Below, piece by piece: positions 20,365-29,767 of a stretch of DNA of 64,000 bases. Origin of the DNA: Nitrospirota bacterium (lineage in GTDB: Bacteria; Nitrospirota; Thermodesulfovibrionia; Thermodesulfovibrionales; Dissulfurispiraceae); the NCBI GenBank assembly GCA_040758355.1, contig JBFLWF010000004.1, positions 1 through 64,000 of the forward strand, written 5' to 3'. Numbering within the stretch: position 1 is the first letter of the stretch; each line of letters begins with the position of its first letter. The translations under genes and the position numbers were made by a program. The notes under the pieces were generated by a model. It ran no database searches. It worked only from the letters and a program-made list of their open reading frames with translations, and was not told the DNA's origin.

Positions 20365-20901
20365 ATGCTTAAAGATATCTTTAAAAATATTATAACAAAA
20401 AGGCCTGCAATTTCATTTCCTGAAGGATTTGAAATCGCGCCGGAATATGCCGCAAAGATTGTTTCCCTTCAGGAAAAAATAGATGCTGTATTCGGCAGGT
20501 CATTGAGGATAAGGCAGGTGGATGCAGGCTCGTGCAATGCATGCGAGTGGGAATGCACAGCACTCACAAACCCGATTTATGATATTCAGAGATTCGGTAT
20601 GGACTTTGTAGCATCGCCGAGACATGCTGATGTACTTCTTGTTACAGGCCCTGTCTCAAGGCAGATGGAACTTGCCCTCAGAAAGACTTATCTCGCAACC
20701 CCCGAGCCGAGGCTTGTAGTTGCCTGCGGCGACTGCCCCATTGACGGAGGTGTATATAAAGGAAGCTATGCTGTGACAAACGGCGTTGCCAATGTTATTC
20801 CTGTCGATTGCTATATTCCAGGCTGCCCGCCCACACCTATACAGATAATATTGGGAATAATGCAATTAATGGATAAACTAACTCATTCACAGTCAGTATG
20901 A
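20365..20901 (+). CDS. hyfI: HyfI/NuoB-like FeS small subunit (EhrS)
   Basis: DAGSCNACE, ASPRHAD, GDC, PGCPP. Confidence 0.85.
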   Translation: MLKDIFKNIITKRPAISFPEGFEIAPEYAAKIVSLQEKIDAVFGRSLRIRQVDAGSCNACEWECTALTNPIYDIQRFGMDFVASPRHADVLLVTGPVSRQMELALRKTYLATPEPRLVVACGDCPIDGGVYKGSYAVTNGVANVIPVDCYIPGCPPTPIQIILGIMQLMDKLTHSQSV

Positions 20902-20985
20902 GTTTATTATTGACACCATCGGCGCTGCTGAAAGGGATATTAAGGGCTAACTCATCCCCCTGTATCGGCTTACGGCTTGGATGGT

Positions 20986-21201
20986 TTAGGCGATCTTCTT
21001 TTGCCTTTTAGTTTTAATAATGTCAGTCAATGCTCTCAAAGCTTGATTTACAGAATCGTGATCAGGGAAAAATTTTGCAACATCTGGTTCGATAACCACA
21101 ACATTTGTGCCTTTTGCATACTTCTTTGCATATTTGCCCTGAACGCCTTTGCTGAAATCATACTCTTCAAGCATGTCTGAATCTTTTCGCATTCTCTTCA
21201 T
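20986..21201 (-). CDS. BrnA-like antitoxin
   Basis: EYDFSKG..GKY, DVA..F....VN.ALR; lies downstream of the brnT remnant. Confidence 0.7.
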   Translation of the reverse strand: MKRMRKDSDMLEEYDFSKGVQGKYAKKYAKGTNVVVIEPDVAKFFPDHDSVNQALRALTDIIKTKRQKKIA

Positions 21202-21449
21202 ATTGTTTCCTTTCATGTTTTGTCGCTTTTCTTGCGCTTATTATTCTGATTTTATCTCGTCTTTCCGTATGGACAACTACCAAAAGGCGATTGTCAACGG
21301 AGTTCCCAGTCCTCATCGTCGGAATGCAGGGGGTCATAAATCGTTAACGACAGGGTATCTTTAAAAACTGTACATGCCTCATCGAAGGATATTCCATGAA
21401 TTTTTAGATTCTTCTTTGCCTTGTTTTTATTCCATTCGAATAGAAGCAT
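21167..21449 (-). pseudogene. brnT: Frameshifted BrnT family toxin
   Basis: MLLFEWNKNKAKKNLKIHGISFDEA...HSDDED, then a frame change to GNSVDNRLLVVVHTERRDKIRIISARKAT. Confidence 0.8.
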
Positions 21450-21521
21450 AACTTGTTGTCTTTATTATAACTTGAGTCGGGAAGTTTAACAATTGCCGAA
21501 AGTTTTCATATTAAGCTTCGG

Positions 21522-21626
21522 CGTTGCGGCGGCGTGGAGCGCCAGTTTAATTGTCTTTATTATATTTATTTAAATCTAAAACCTTCTCTAACTCGTTGCC
21601 AGGCGGCGCTGCGCGCCGCCGCAACG
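21522..21626. repeat. GC-rich imperfect inverted repeat flanking an AT-rich spacer
   Basis: CGTTGCGGCGGCGTGGAGCGCC ... GGCGCTGCGCGCCGCCGCAACG. Confidence 0.55.
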
Positions 21627-21975
21627 TTCTCTTTTAAGTTTCTTCAACATTATGATAGATTATAGGAAGTAAGATTATCATAGTCAAGCAAAAAATCTTA
21701 TAAAACAATTGGAAACGGCTATGAAATGCAATATAATAATGCCATATTAATTGTTATATTGTTGAAATATAGTATTGCATATTAATTATGTTAGAGTCCT
21801 TTAAACATTTCTTGTCATCGAAAGGCAATAGAAGGGATTTTTAAAGCCGCATTATTTTATCTTTTATCGCCTTGAACGGTTTGGACTCGTGATTAATGAA
21901 TTCATTGTACCTATTTCCAGAAATGCTCATTGTGTGTTGACATAAATACAGCCTAAGGTCTATTTTAATCACTGA

Positions 21976-22683
21976 ATGAGCGCCACATCAGAAATTAACC
22001 GCGACCTGAAGGTCCTTCCATGCCTGTCTGTCATAGGGGATGAGTATCTCTCCCTTATAAGCGAGAAGGCCTTTGCAAGAAGATTTGCCAAAAATGAGGC
22101 GATATTCGCCGAATTAGATTCAATGAAGTTCTTTTTTGTTGTGAGGTCAGGGGCAATAAAATTATTCAAGACATCCAAAGAGGGTCGTGAGATCGTTGTT
22201 AAGATAATGGGGCCCGGAGAATTCTCCTGCTGTGCGCCTCTGTACACGGATGATGAAAGGTTCTTTATGAACGCAGTGGCAATCGAGGATTCCGTTATTG
22301 TGATGATCCCGTCGGACAGTTTCAAAGAGATGCTTAACAGCAGTATTAGCCCGATGGGATTGAGAATAATAAACGGCCTCTGCATGAGGATAAAATACCT
22401 TTCAAAGTTGGTCGAGGATCTTACATTTAAAGATGTCGAACAGAGAATAATTTTAACGCTTTTAAAGATGGCAGAAGAGAAAGCATCAGAAGAAAATATC
22501 GTTGCCCTTGCCGTAACACATCAGGATATTGCAGCTATGACAGGGACGGTAAGGGAGGTTGTATCGAGGACGATGGCAAGATTCAAAAGAGAGGGAGTTA
22601 TTGCCGACAGCAGCGCCAGAGGGTTCAAAGTAGATAAAGACAGGCTTTCCCATCTTCTGAAAAGAAAATATCCTTCCAACTGA
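21976..22683 (+). CDS. Crp/Fnr family transcriptional regulator
   Basis: cNMP-binding fold (G.IKLFK....GRE, GPGE), HTH THQDIAAMTGTVREVVSR. Confidence 0.9.
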   Translation: MSATSEINRDLKVLPCLSVIGDEYLSLISEKAFARRFAKNEAIFAELDSMKFFFVVRSGAIKLFKTSKEGREIVVKIMGPGEFSCCAPLYTDDERFFMNAVAIEDSVIVMIPSDSFKEMLNSSISPMGLRIINGLCMRIKYLSKLVEDLTFKDVEQRIILTLLKMAEEKASEENIVALAVTHQDIAAMTGTVREVVSRTMARFKREGVIADSSARGFKVDKDRLSHLLKRKYPSN

Positions 22684-22775
22684 GTCTTCACGGTTCACCC
22701 TCTACTCAGAATGTGAATTCCAGTTAACAAAATGCCGGCGTTTCTGATATTATAAATAGGGGCATTTCCTTCCTG

Positions 22776-23432
22776 ATGAAAAGAGAGACAGAGATACATC
22801 AACTCATTAAGGCCGTTGTTGACGGAGAGACCAAAAGCGCTGTTGAACTTTCGGAGAGGCTCCTCGGCAGCGGCTTTCCTGTAGAAGGGCTTATCCATGA
22901 AGGTCTTACGGCAGCGCTCCGCTCTCTTGATGCAAAATGCACGAATGAGGAGTTCAACCTCCTCGAAATAATGCTCGCAGGGCGTTCAATGATGGCGGTG
23001 ATGGATAAGGTGGTGGCAAAGTATCTGCCACAGTCTTCCATGGCAGAGCCTGCACCCGGAAGGACCATTGTTTTAGGCACTATAAGGGGCGATATCCATG
23101 AACTGGGGAAGCACGTGGTAAAAATGCTTATGAAGGCCAATGGCTTCAGGGTAATCGACCTTGGAAAGGATGTGAATCCAGCGAGTTTTGTAAAGGCAGC
23201 GGTAGTGGAAGGCGCAGGGTATATAGGGGTGAGCAGTCTGATAACGCTCACAATCCCTTACATCAGGGAGATCAGGGAGATCCTTTATAAAGAAGGGTTG
23301 CCCGATATAAAGGTACTGGCAGGCGGCGCCGCAATCCAGCAGGCAAGGCCAGATGACCTGAACGTGGATTATATAGCTAAGGATGCATTTGATGCATTGC
23401 ATTATCTCAATAGTGTCGGAGTTGGTGTTTAA
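22776..23432 (+). CDS. Corrinoid (B12-binding) protein, MtaC/MtbC-like
   Basis: Cap domain plus DIHELG (DxHxxG), DLGKDV, SSL, GGA. Confidence 0.9.
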   Translation: MKRETEIHQLIKAVVDGETKSAVELSERLLGSGFPVEGLIHEGLTAALRSLDAKCTNEEFNLLEIMLAGRSMMAVMDKVVAKYLPQSSMAEPAPGRTIVLGTIRGDIHELGKHVVKMLMKANGFRVIDLGKDVNPASFVKAAVVEGAGYIGVSSLITLTIPYIREIREILYKEGLPDIKVLAGGAAIQQARPDDLNVDYIAKDAFDALHYLNSVGVGV

Positions 23433-23443
23433 GAGGATGAATA

Positions 23444-24460
23444 ATGACATCATACGAGAGACTGCTTGCTGCGATCAACGGTGATTTTTCAGACAGGCCT
23501 CCTGTTGCTCCTGAGGTCTTTGGCATTACTGCAAGGCTTAACGGGTACAGGATTTCTCAGTATGTTACGGACGGAAGAATTATAGCCGAGAGCCAATTAA
23601 AGGCAAGGGAGGCCATTGGTTATGATATCCTGTTTGCCTTTGCAGACCTGTCTGTCGAGGCCGAGGCATTGGGATGCAACCTTCGTTACGAGGATGATGC
23701 ATACCCGTCGGTGAATGAGCATATTCTGCAAAATGTAGAGGATGTGAAGGGGCTAAAACTCCCTGACCCTTTAAATGACGGCAGGATGCCTGTTGTCATC
23801 GAGGCATGCAGGCGGCTCAGGGGATCCGCAGGGAACGAATGTGTAATTGCGGCATGCGTCATGGGTCCTGTGAGCATTGCCTCGCAGATAATGGGGCTTG
23901 AGGGTTTTCTTTATCAACTGGTTGACAATCCGGACGGCATAAATCAGGTTCTGGACTTCACCGAAAAGGTTGCAATAAGTTATGGAAGGGCACTCATAAG
24001 GGCAGGCGCCCATTGTCCCGTTGTCTTTGATCCCGTGGCTTCCCCTGCTGTTATCCCTCCATCCCTGTTTGTTCATTACGAAGCCCGGAGATTAAAGAGG
24101 ATGTACGACTCTTTCAGGGACGAAGGTTCGCCTATTTCATGGATAAGCATTGCCGGCGCAACCCAGAAAATCATGCCATATTTTAAAAAAGCAGGAATAA
24201 ATCTTGCTACAATAGATTACGTGGTGCCAATTTCCGAGGCATTTAAACTTGCCGATGATATTGCACTTAATGGGAACCTGAAACCTTACTCTTTTGTCTC
24301 ATGCTCTCCTTCTGAGATTAAAGAGGAGGTAAGAAGGTGCCTTATGGAGGCGAAAGGCAAAGGAAATTATATAATCGGCTCGGGATGCGAAGTGCCTGTT
24401 GAATCCAATATCGAGAACATCCGGGCAGTGGTAGAGGCAGCGAGGGACTTTAAATATTGA
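23444..24460 (+). CDS. Uroporphyrinogen decarboxylase/MtaA-CmuA family protein with degenerate Zn site
   Basis: DRPPV, VEAEALG, GRMP, GP.S.A, DP.AS, GNL.P, GSGCEVP; the expected HxC reads SIA. Confidence 0.8.
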   Translation: MTSYERLLAAINGDFSDRPPVAPEVFGITARLNGYRISQYVTDGRIIAESQLKAREAIGYDILFAFADLSVEAEALGCNLRYEDDAYPSVNEHILQNVEDVKGLKLPDPLNDGRMPVVIEACRRLRGSAGNECVIAACVMGPVSIASQIMGLEGFLYQLVDNPDGINQVLDFTEKVAISYGRALIRAGAHCPVVFDPVASPAVIPPSLFVHYEARRLKRMYDSFRDEGSPISWISIAGATQKIMPYFKKAGINLATIDYVVPISEAFKLADDIALNGNLKPYSFVSCSPSEIKEEVRRCLMEAKGKGNYIIGSGCEVPVESNIENIRAVVEAARDFKY

Positions 24461-24467
24461 GGATATC

Positions 24468-25082
24468 ATGAGATTTTTGGTGATAGCCTGTAAGATATTT
24501 GAGAGGGAAATAAATAAGATGCTGGGTGATGGGCATGGACATTCCATTGTTATGCTTGATTTCGGGTATCACAAAATGCCTTTTGTTCTTCAGCAGCGGA
24601 TTCAGGCAATAATCGACAATGCTTCGGATGTCGATGCCATCCTGCTGCTTTACGGTTACTGCGGCGGCACTTTAAAGCTCGATACAGCGGATTTGCCTGT
24701 GGTAATGCCAAAGGCCCACGACTGCTTTGACATGATGCTCGGAAGCAATGAGCGTTTCTCTCTCTTTTCAGACGAGCCCGGGACATATTTTCTTTCGGAA
24801 GGATGGGTGAGGAGAGACGGCACCCCTTTTGAAAAGGTAAGAGGTGCAAGAAAACGTTTGAAAGATGATGACGACAAGATCATCGAAGAGATGTATTCGG
24901 GTTATAAAAGACTTCTCTTTGTGAGAACAGGGATAGAGACAGAAGAAAGTATTTTAAGGGCAAGGCGTGCAGCCACAGAAATGGGATGGCAATTTGAAGA
25001 GAAAATCGCCGACCTTCCGATAATGAAAAAACTTTTTTCAGAGGAGTGGGACAGCGATTTTATTGTAATGAATCCGCAATGA
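24468..25082 (+). CDS. DUF1638 family protein
   Basis: IAC, LDFGYH..P, LYGYCG, HDC, PGTYFLS.GW; family usually found with corrinoid activators. Confidence 0.75.
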   Translation: MRFLVIACKIFEREINKMLGDGHGHSIVMLDFGYHKMPFVLQQRIQAIIDNASDVDAILLLYGYCGGTLKLDTADLPVVMPKAHDCFDMMLGSNERFSLFSDEPGTYFLSEGWVRRDGTPFEKVRGARKRLKDDDDKIIEEMYSGYKRLLFVRTGIETEESILRARRAATEMGWQFEEKIADLPIMKKLFSEEWDSDFIVMNPQ

Positions 25083-26776
25083 ACGATTCCATCAAACTGA
25101 TAATTAATCCATTGAAACGGCAGATCGGTTTAACTGCAAAGAGCAACCTCCTTGAGGTCTTCCTTGCCGAAGGGGTGAAAATACCTGTGCTCTGCAACAA
25201 AAACGGTTCATGCGGCAAGTGCCGTGTTGTGGTGAAGGCTGAGGCAAGCCCTGTAGCGGAGATCGAGATGCTGTCCCTCGGTGAAACATTGATAAGCGAG
25301 GGATACAGGCTGGCTTGCAGAACAGAAATACTCGGAAGCGGCGAGGTGTTCATCCCTGTGGAAAGCCGTGAAGATATACTGGAGAGCACCTATTTCGGCA
25401 ATGAACTGACAGCCATAAGGAATAAAGATTTTCCGTATCCTGTAAGGCATGGTATTCGGGGCGGAAAGGGGCTCGTGGGGGAGATGAAATCTCCCCCACG
25501 CTTGGCAGCCGTTGACATGGGAACAACAACATTAACAGGTTATCTTTTTGATCATAATGGTGATATTTTAAGCAATTGCTCCTGCTTTAATCCGACCACC
25601 CTTTATGGATGCGATATAATAACGAGAATAACAAATCTAAAGAATGGCAGTGACTTCCAGAAACTGAGAAACAGTCTCCTGTCGGAAATCAAAAGGCTCC
25701 TCAATACACTCTGTTTCAGGGCAAAGGACATTAATGCAGATAACGGAAAACCCGCCGTCCCTGACAGTATCTGCAAAATAGCCGTGTGCGGCAATACAAT
25801 AATGCAGCACATATTTATGGGTATAAACCCCGTAGAGATAGGGCTTTTCCCGTATAGGCCCATTGTTAAAGACCTCCTGCACATGAAGGCAGTTGAACTA
25901 AAGGATTTTCACATTATAGGATTATCGGCAGATGCGGAGGTCGTTATTGCCCCCTCTGTGAGCGGCTTTATAGGCGGTGATGCAGTCTGCGGTGTCCTCG
26001 CTACAAGATTGCATAAGTCGTCAGAACCCTGCTTATTGATAGACCTCGGCACAAACGGAGAAATGGTGCTCAATTACAGGGGAAATATATTCGCTGCATC
26101 TGCAAGCGCAGGGCCGGCCTTTGAGGGTTATCAGATAGGCTCGGGTATGAGGGCGACTATAGGGGCTATAGATTTTGTAAGAATCGACGATGAATCAAAC
26201 ATCCACTACAGCGTTATCGGAGGTGTAAGACCGAAAGGCATATGCGGAACAGGCGCCATATCTGCCGTATCCTCTATGATTAAACGAGGGATATTGAACG
26301 AAAGGGGACATATCATACCGCCCATTGCGACAGGCAGGATGAGGAAAGGTTCCATAGTAATAGCTACAGAAAACGAGACATCGATCGGCAGGCCGATTAT
26401 TTTTACGGATAAAGATATCGAAGTAATCCAGCAGGCAAAGGCAGCCTTTGCATCAGGCATCGCCTGTCTCCTCCGCGCAGCAGGGCTTGAGGCCGGACAG
26501 CTCAAGAAAATCCTTATTGCAGGTGCATTCGGAAGCAGCGTGGACGTGGAGAGCCTGAAGACAATAGGTCTTATACCGTACAAAACCAGTGCAGATATAA
26601 TATCTGTCGGAAATGCCGCCGGAGCAGGCATTGCGATGACCCTCCTCTGCGAAGATGCAGAAAGGGAGGCAATGGAAGTGTCCGGCGCCATAAAAACAGT
26701 GGAGTTTGCCTTCATGAAGGAGTTTGAGGACGAATTTCTGGAGGCATTATTTTTCAGGACCAATGCGATCCGTTAA
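25079..26776 (+). CDS. ASKHA-type ATP-dependent reductive activator of corrinoid proteins (RACo-like) with N-terminal [2Fe-2S]
   Basis: CNKNGSCGKC...RLAC, DMGTTT, GFIGGD, DLGTNGE, AGPAFEG, GICGTG, AGAFG, GNAA; ATG at 25079 overlaps upstream stop. Confidence 0.88.
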   Translation: MNDSIKLIINPLKRQIGLTAKSNLLEVFLAEGVKIPVLCNKNGSCGKCRVVVKAEASPVAEIEMLSLGETLISEGYRLACRTEILGSGEVFIPVESREDILESTYFGNELTAIRNKDFPYPVRHGIRGGKGLVGEMKSPPRLAAVDMGTTTLTGYLFDHNGDILSNCSCFNPTTLYGCDIITRITNLKNGSDFQKLRNSLLSEIKRLLNTLCFRAKDINADNGKPAVPDSICKIAVCGNTIMQHIFMGINPVEIGLFPYRPIVKDLLHMKAVELKDFHIIGLSADAEVVIAPSVSGFIGGDAVCGVLATRLHKSSEPCLLIDLGTNGEMVLNYRGNIFAASASAGPAFEGYQIGSGMRATIGAIDFVRIDDESNIHYSVIGGVRPKGICGTGAISAVSSMIKRGILNERGHIIPPIATGRMRKGSIVIATENETSIGRPIIFTDKDIEVIQQAKAAFASGIACLLRAAGLEAGQLKKILIAGAFGSSVDVESLKTIGLIPYKTSADIISVGNAAGAGIAMTLLCEDAEREAMEVSGAIKTVEFAFMKEFEDEFLEALFFRTNAIR

Positions 26777-26807
26777 AGTTAAAGAGAAAACAGGAGTTGC
26801 GGAAACC

Positions 26808-28175
26808 ATGGGCAAACAGCAGGGGTCCCCAAAAAGTCAAAGACCTTTTGGGGCAGAATGGACTGCAGCTGCCCTTTCGACAGTTATTAAACTGAATAAC
26901 ATCATAGGTTTTCTTCCAATAAATATCGACAAGACTTTAAAGGCAGTTGTTGACGAGACATACAACCTTTTCAACCCCCAGATGTGCTGCATATATGTGG
27001 TTGGAGAAGGCAATAACCTTGAACTTGCTGCCTTCAGGACATCAGATGGTTTAATTCCCGATTTCCATGTCAACTCAACTACGGAGGCATGTTCTACATT
27101 GAGAGACGGACTGCCTTATTTAGCCTGTAGGGGAACAAGCTGCAGTGCGTCCATCTGTCCAAACCGCAAGACCCCTGATAATGCCGACATATCCCACGCC
27201 TGCATCCCAATGATAACAGGCAACGATATTCACGGTGTTTTGTCCCTGACATATCAACCGGAAAGGGTTTTGCCGCGGGATAAGTTAAACGTGCTCCTTT
27301 CAATAGCAAACCAGGTATCCATGGCAATCCAGAGGTATAACCTTTTCGAAAAGCTCAGGAAAGAGAAGTCCGAGATTGAGAGGACTTACAGCGAAATAGC
27401 CACCCTCAATGAAATGCTTACAAAGAAGATAGAGGAGCTGAAAGACACCCAGAACAGGCTTATCCAGTCGGAAAAGCTTGCTGCCACAGGGGAGCTTACG
27501 GCCGGTCTGTGCCATGAGATCAACAATCCAATAAGCATAATCCTGAACCGGATTGAGTGTCTTGAAATGGAAGCAAAGGAGCTTCTTTTGCCTGAGAGCG
27601 TGCTGAAAGACCTCGATGTTATATCTTCATATGCTGCAAAGGTTTCATCCATAGTTCAGGACCTCCTTATCTTCTCAAGGCATCATCCGGTAGAATTCGG
27701 ACATATAAATATAAAAGCAATTATTGAAACGGTTGCAGGGATGCTCCATGACGACCTGGACAGAAATGGATGCATCGCGCACATGGATATTCCGCATTCC
27801 GTCCCGGATATTTATGGAGATGCAGACAGATTGGAGCAGGTGTTCAGGAATCTGATAGCAAATGCAATCGATGCCATGCCTGATGGAGGGAATATCTATA
27901 TAGATGCCCGAATCCCCTCTGAAAGACCTGATTTCCTTTTAGTCAGGATAAAGGACGAGGGAGAGGGGATAGCAGAAGAAAATCTGCACAGGATATTCGA
28001 CCCCTTCTTTACAACTAAAAAATTGGGTAAGGGTTCGGGTCTCGGGCTGTCCATCTGTTATGGAATAATAAAGAATCACGGCGGCGATATCACTGTAAAG
28101 AGTGTCCTGAATAGCGGCACTATTTTCAGCGTGTATCTGCCTTTAAGACAGGGAATGGGTGCTGGGTGTGAATAA
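26808..28175 (+). CDS. Cytoplasmic GAF-domain sensor histidine kinase (Cys-rich GAF)
   Basis: GAF (CIPM...GVL, IANQVSMAI), coiled coil, CHEINNP, DEGEG, FDPFFTT, GSGLGL; ATG 26808 has a caggag RBS. Confidence 0.88.
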   Translation: MGKQQGSPKSQRPFGAEWTAAALSTVIKLNNIIGFLPINIDKTLKAVVDETYNLFNPQMCCIYVVGEGNNLELAAFRTSDGLIPDFHVNSTTEACSTLRDGLPYLACRGTSCSASICPNRKTPDNADISHACIPMITGNDIHGVLSLTYQPERVLPRDKLNVLLSIANQVSMAIQRYNLFEKLRKEKSEIERTYSEIATLNEMLTKKIEELKDTQNRLIQSEKLAATGELTAGLCHEINNPISIILNRIECLEMEAKELLLPESVLKDLDVISSYAAKVSSIVQDLLIFSRHHPVEFGHINIKAIIETVAGMLHDDLDRNGCIAHMDIPHSVPDIYGDADRLEQVFRNLIANAIDAMPDGGNIYIDARIPSERPDFLLVRIKDEGEGIAEENLHRIFDPFFTTKKLGKGSGLGLSICYGIIKNHGGDITVKSVLNSGTIFSVYLPLRQGMGAGCE

Positions 28176-29541
28176 AGGAAGGATTCTGGTTATAGAAGAT
28201 GACGAGGAGATGCTTGAAAACTATTCAAGGCTCCTTAAAAGGATGGATTATGAGTGCATCATGGAAAAGGACAGTGTAAAGGCCGCAGAAGAGTTGAGCC
28301 GGCTTTCGCCCGATGTTATTCTCACTGACCTCAGAATGCCCGGCAAAAGCGGTTTTGACATCCTCAGTGCTTCAAAGGAACTCAATCCCGACATGCCTGT
28401 AATTTTAATAACCGCCTATGCAAACATCTCAACCGCTGTAGAGGCTGTAAAACAGGGGGCCTTTGATTTCATTGCCAAACCATTCACATCGGAACAGCTC
28501 AGGATAGCCATTGAAAGGGCAATGAGGCAGAAGACCCTTACCGATGAGAACAAGCAGCTTAAGGAGCAACTAAAGGCATCTTCCATGATAGACGAAATTA
28601 TTGGCAAGAGTCCTGCAATTCAGGAAGTCATCGAGGTCATAAAACGGGTGTCACAGACAGATGCAAATATCCTGATAACAGGCGAAAGTGGAACAGGGAA
28701 GGAACTGGTTGCAAAGGCAATCCATGCAAGGAGCCTTAGAAAGCCGGAGCCCTTTATCCCTGTTGATTGCGCAGCGCTTCCGGAGAATCTCCTCGAAAGT
28801 GAATTGTTCGGATATGAGAAAGGCGCCTTTACGGGTGCAAACACAAGCAAGCCCGGTCTCTTCGAGACTGCGCATGGAGGCACACTGTTCCTTGATGAGA
28901 TCGGCGAGATTCCGATGACAATGCAGGCAAAACTCCTGAGGGCAATCCAGGAGCGGCAGGTGAGGCGGCTCGGCAGTAACAAGTTCATATCCATAGATGT
29001 CAGGATAATATCGGCAACGAACAGGGAAATTAAAAAAAGCGTACAGGAGAAAACATTCAGGGAGGACCTTTATTATCGTCTCAATGTCATCCAGATAAGC
29101 GTTCCTCCTCTTAGAGAGAGAAGGGGTGATATCCCTGTTCTTGCATTACATTTTATGGATAGATTTGCTGCACTGAATAAGAAAGACATAAGAAGTATTT
29201 CTCCCGATGCAATGGGGGTAATGGAAAACTATTCGTGGCCAGGCAATGTGAGGGAGCTTCAAAATATCATGGAAAGGGCAGTTGTTTTGTGCGATGCGGA
29301 TAAAATAACTATAGAGGATTTGCCAAAAGAGGTGTGTATGGCGCCGCCTCCCCTCCCTGTAGAAAACCTGCTGTATAAGGACGCTAAAGAGGCGTGGCTT
29401 GCTGCATTCGAAAAGAATTACCTCTCAAGCCTTCTGAAAGGCACATCAGGCAACATATCGCGGGCAGCGCAAAAGGCAGGAATCGACAGAAAAACAATTC
29501 ACCGGCTTATTAAGAGGTATAAGCTGAACGCTGAGACTTAA
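28168..29541 (+). CDS. sigma54-dependent response regulator (NtrC family)
   Basis: Receiver, GESGTGKE, GAFTGA, WPGNVREL, Fis HTH. Confidence 0.95.
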   Translation: MNKGRILVIEDDEEMLENYSRLLKRMDYECIMEKDSVKAAEELSRLSPDVILTDLRMPGKSGFDILSASKELNPDMPVILITAYANISTAVEAVKQGAFDFIAKPFTSEQLRIAIERAMRQKTLTDENKQLKEQLKASSMIDEIIGKSPAIQEVIEVIKRVSQTDANILITGESGTGKELVAKAIHARSLRKPEPFIPVDCAALPENLLESELFGYEKGAFTGANTSKPGLFETAHGGTLFLDEIGEIPMTMQAKLLRAIQERQVRRLGSNKFISIDVRIISATNREIKKSVQEKTFREDLYYRLNVIQISVPPLRERRGDIPVLALHFMDRFAALNKKDIRSISPDAMGVMENYSWPGNVRELQNIMERAVVLCDADKITIEDLPKEVCMAPPPLPVENLLYKDAKEAWLAAFEKNYLSSLLKGTSGNISRAAQKAGIDRKTIHRLIKRYKLNAET

Positions 29542-29659
29542 ATGTCTCAGTGGGGAAATTCTGCGCCACTCCAAAACAATTACTCTCCTTCCTTATAATT
29601 CTTAATAACTCTTAAATTTTTGAAATGCTGCCTGTATTGTCTGGGGCATTTATGTCTCA
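29532..29659 (+). promoter_or_regulatory. Three 18-bp upstream activator sites
   Basis: TGAGACTTAAATGTCTCA (29532-29549), TGGGGAAATTCTGCGCCA (29551-29568), TGGGGCATTTATGTCTCA (29642-29659). Confidence 0.65.
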
Positions 29660-29722
29660 ATGCACATCCATGAGGAAGTAAATTTAGTGTAAGATACTTG
29701 TTTTTCTTGCTGTTTTTCAATA

Positions 29723-29738
29723 AGGCACGATATTTGCT
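29723..29738 (+). promoter_or_regulatory. sigma54 (-24/-12) promoter of the nos island
   Basis: AGGCACGATATTTGCT, GG-N10-GC. Confidence 0.8.
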
Positions 29739-29767
29739 TATTACCCCCTCCTGAGTTCAAAAATACC

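Noticed and set aside
19300..21630. Integron cassette array or IS element
   Set aside because: No integrase or transposase, and no convincing repeated attC sites.
21630..21975. Cobalamin riboswitch upstream of the corrinoid block
   Set aside because: The region is AT-rich with no B12-box-like sequence seen.
22776..26776. Methanol/methylamine utilisation pathway
   Set aside because: No substrate-specific methyltransferase in the block and the MtaA Zn motif is degenerate. A partner elsewhere in the genome cannot be excluded.
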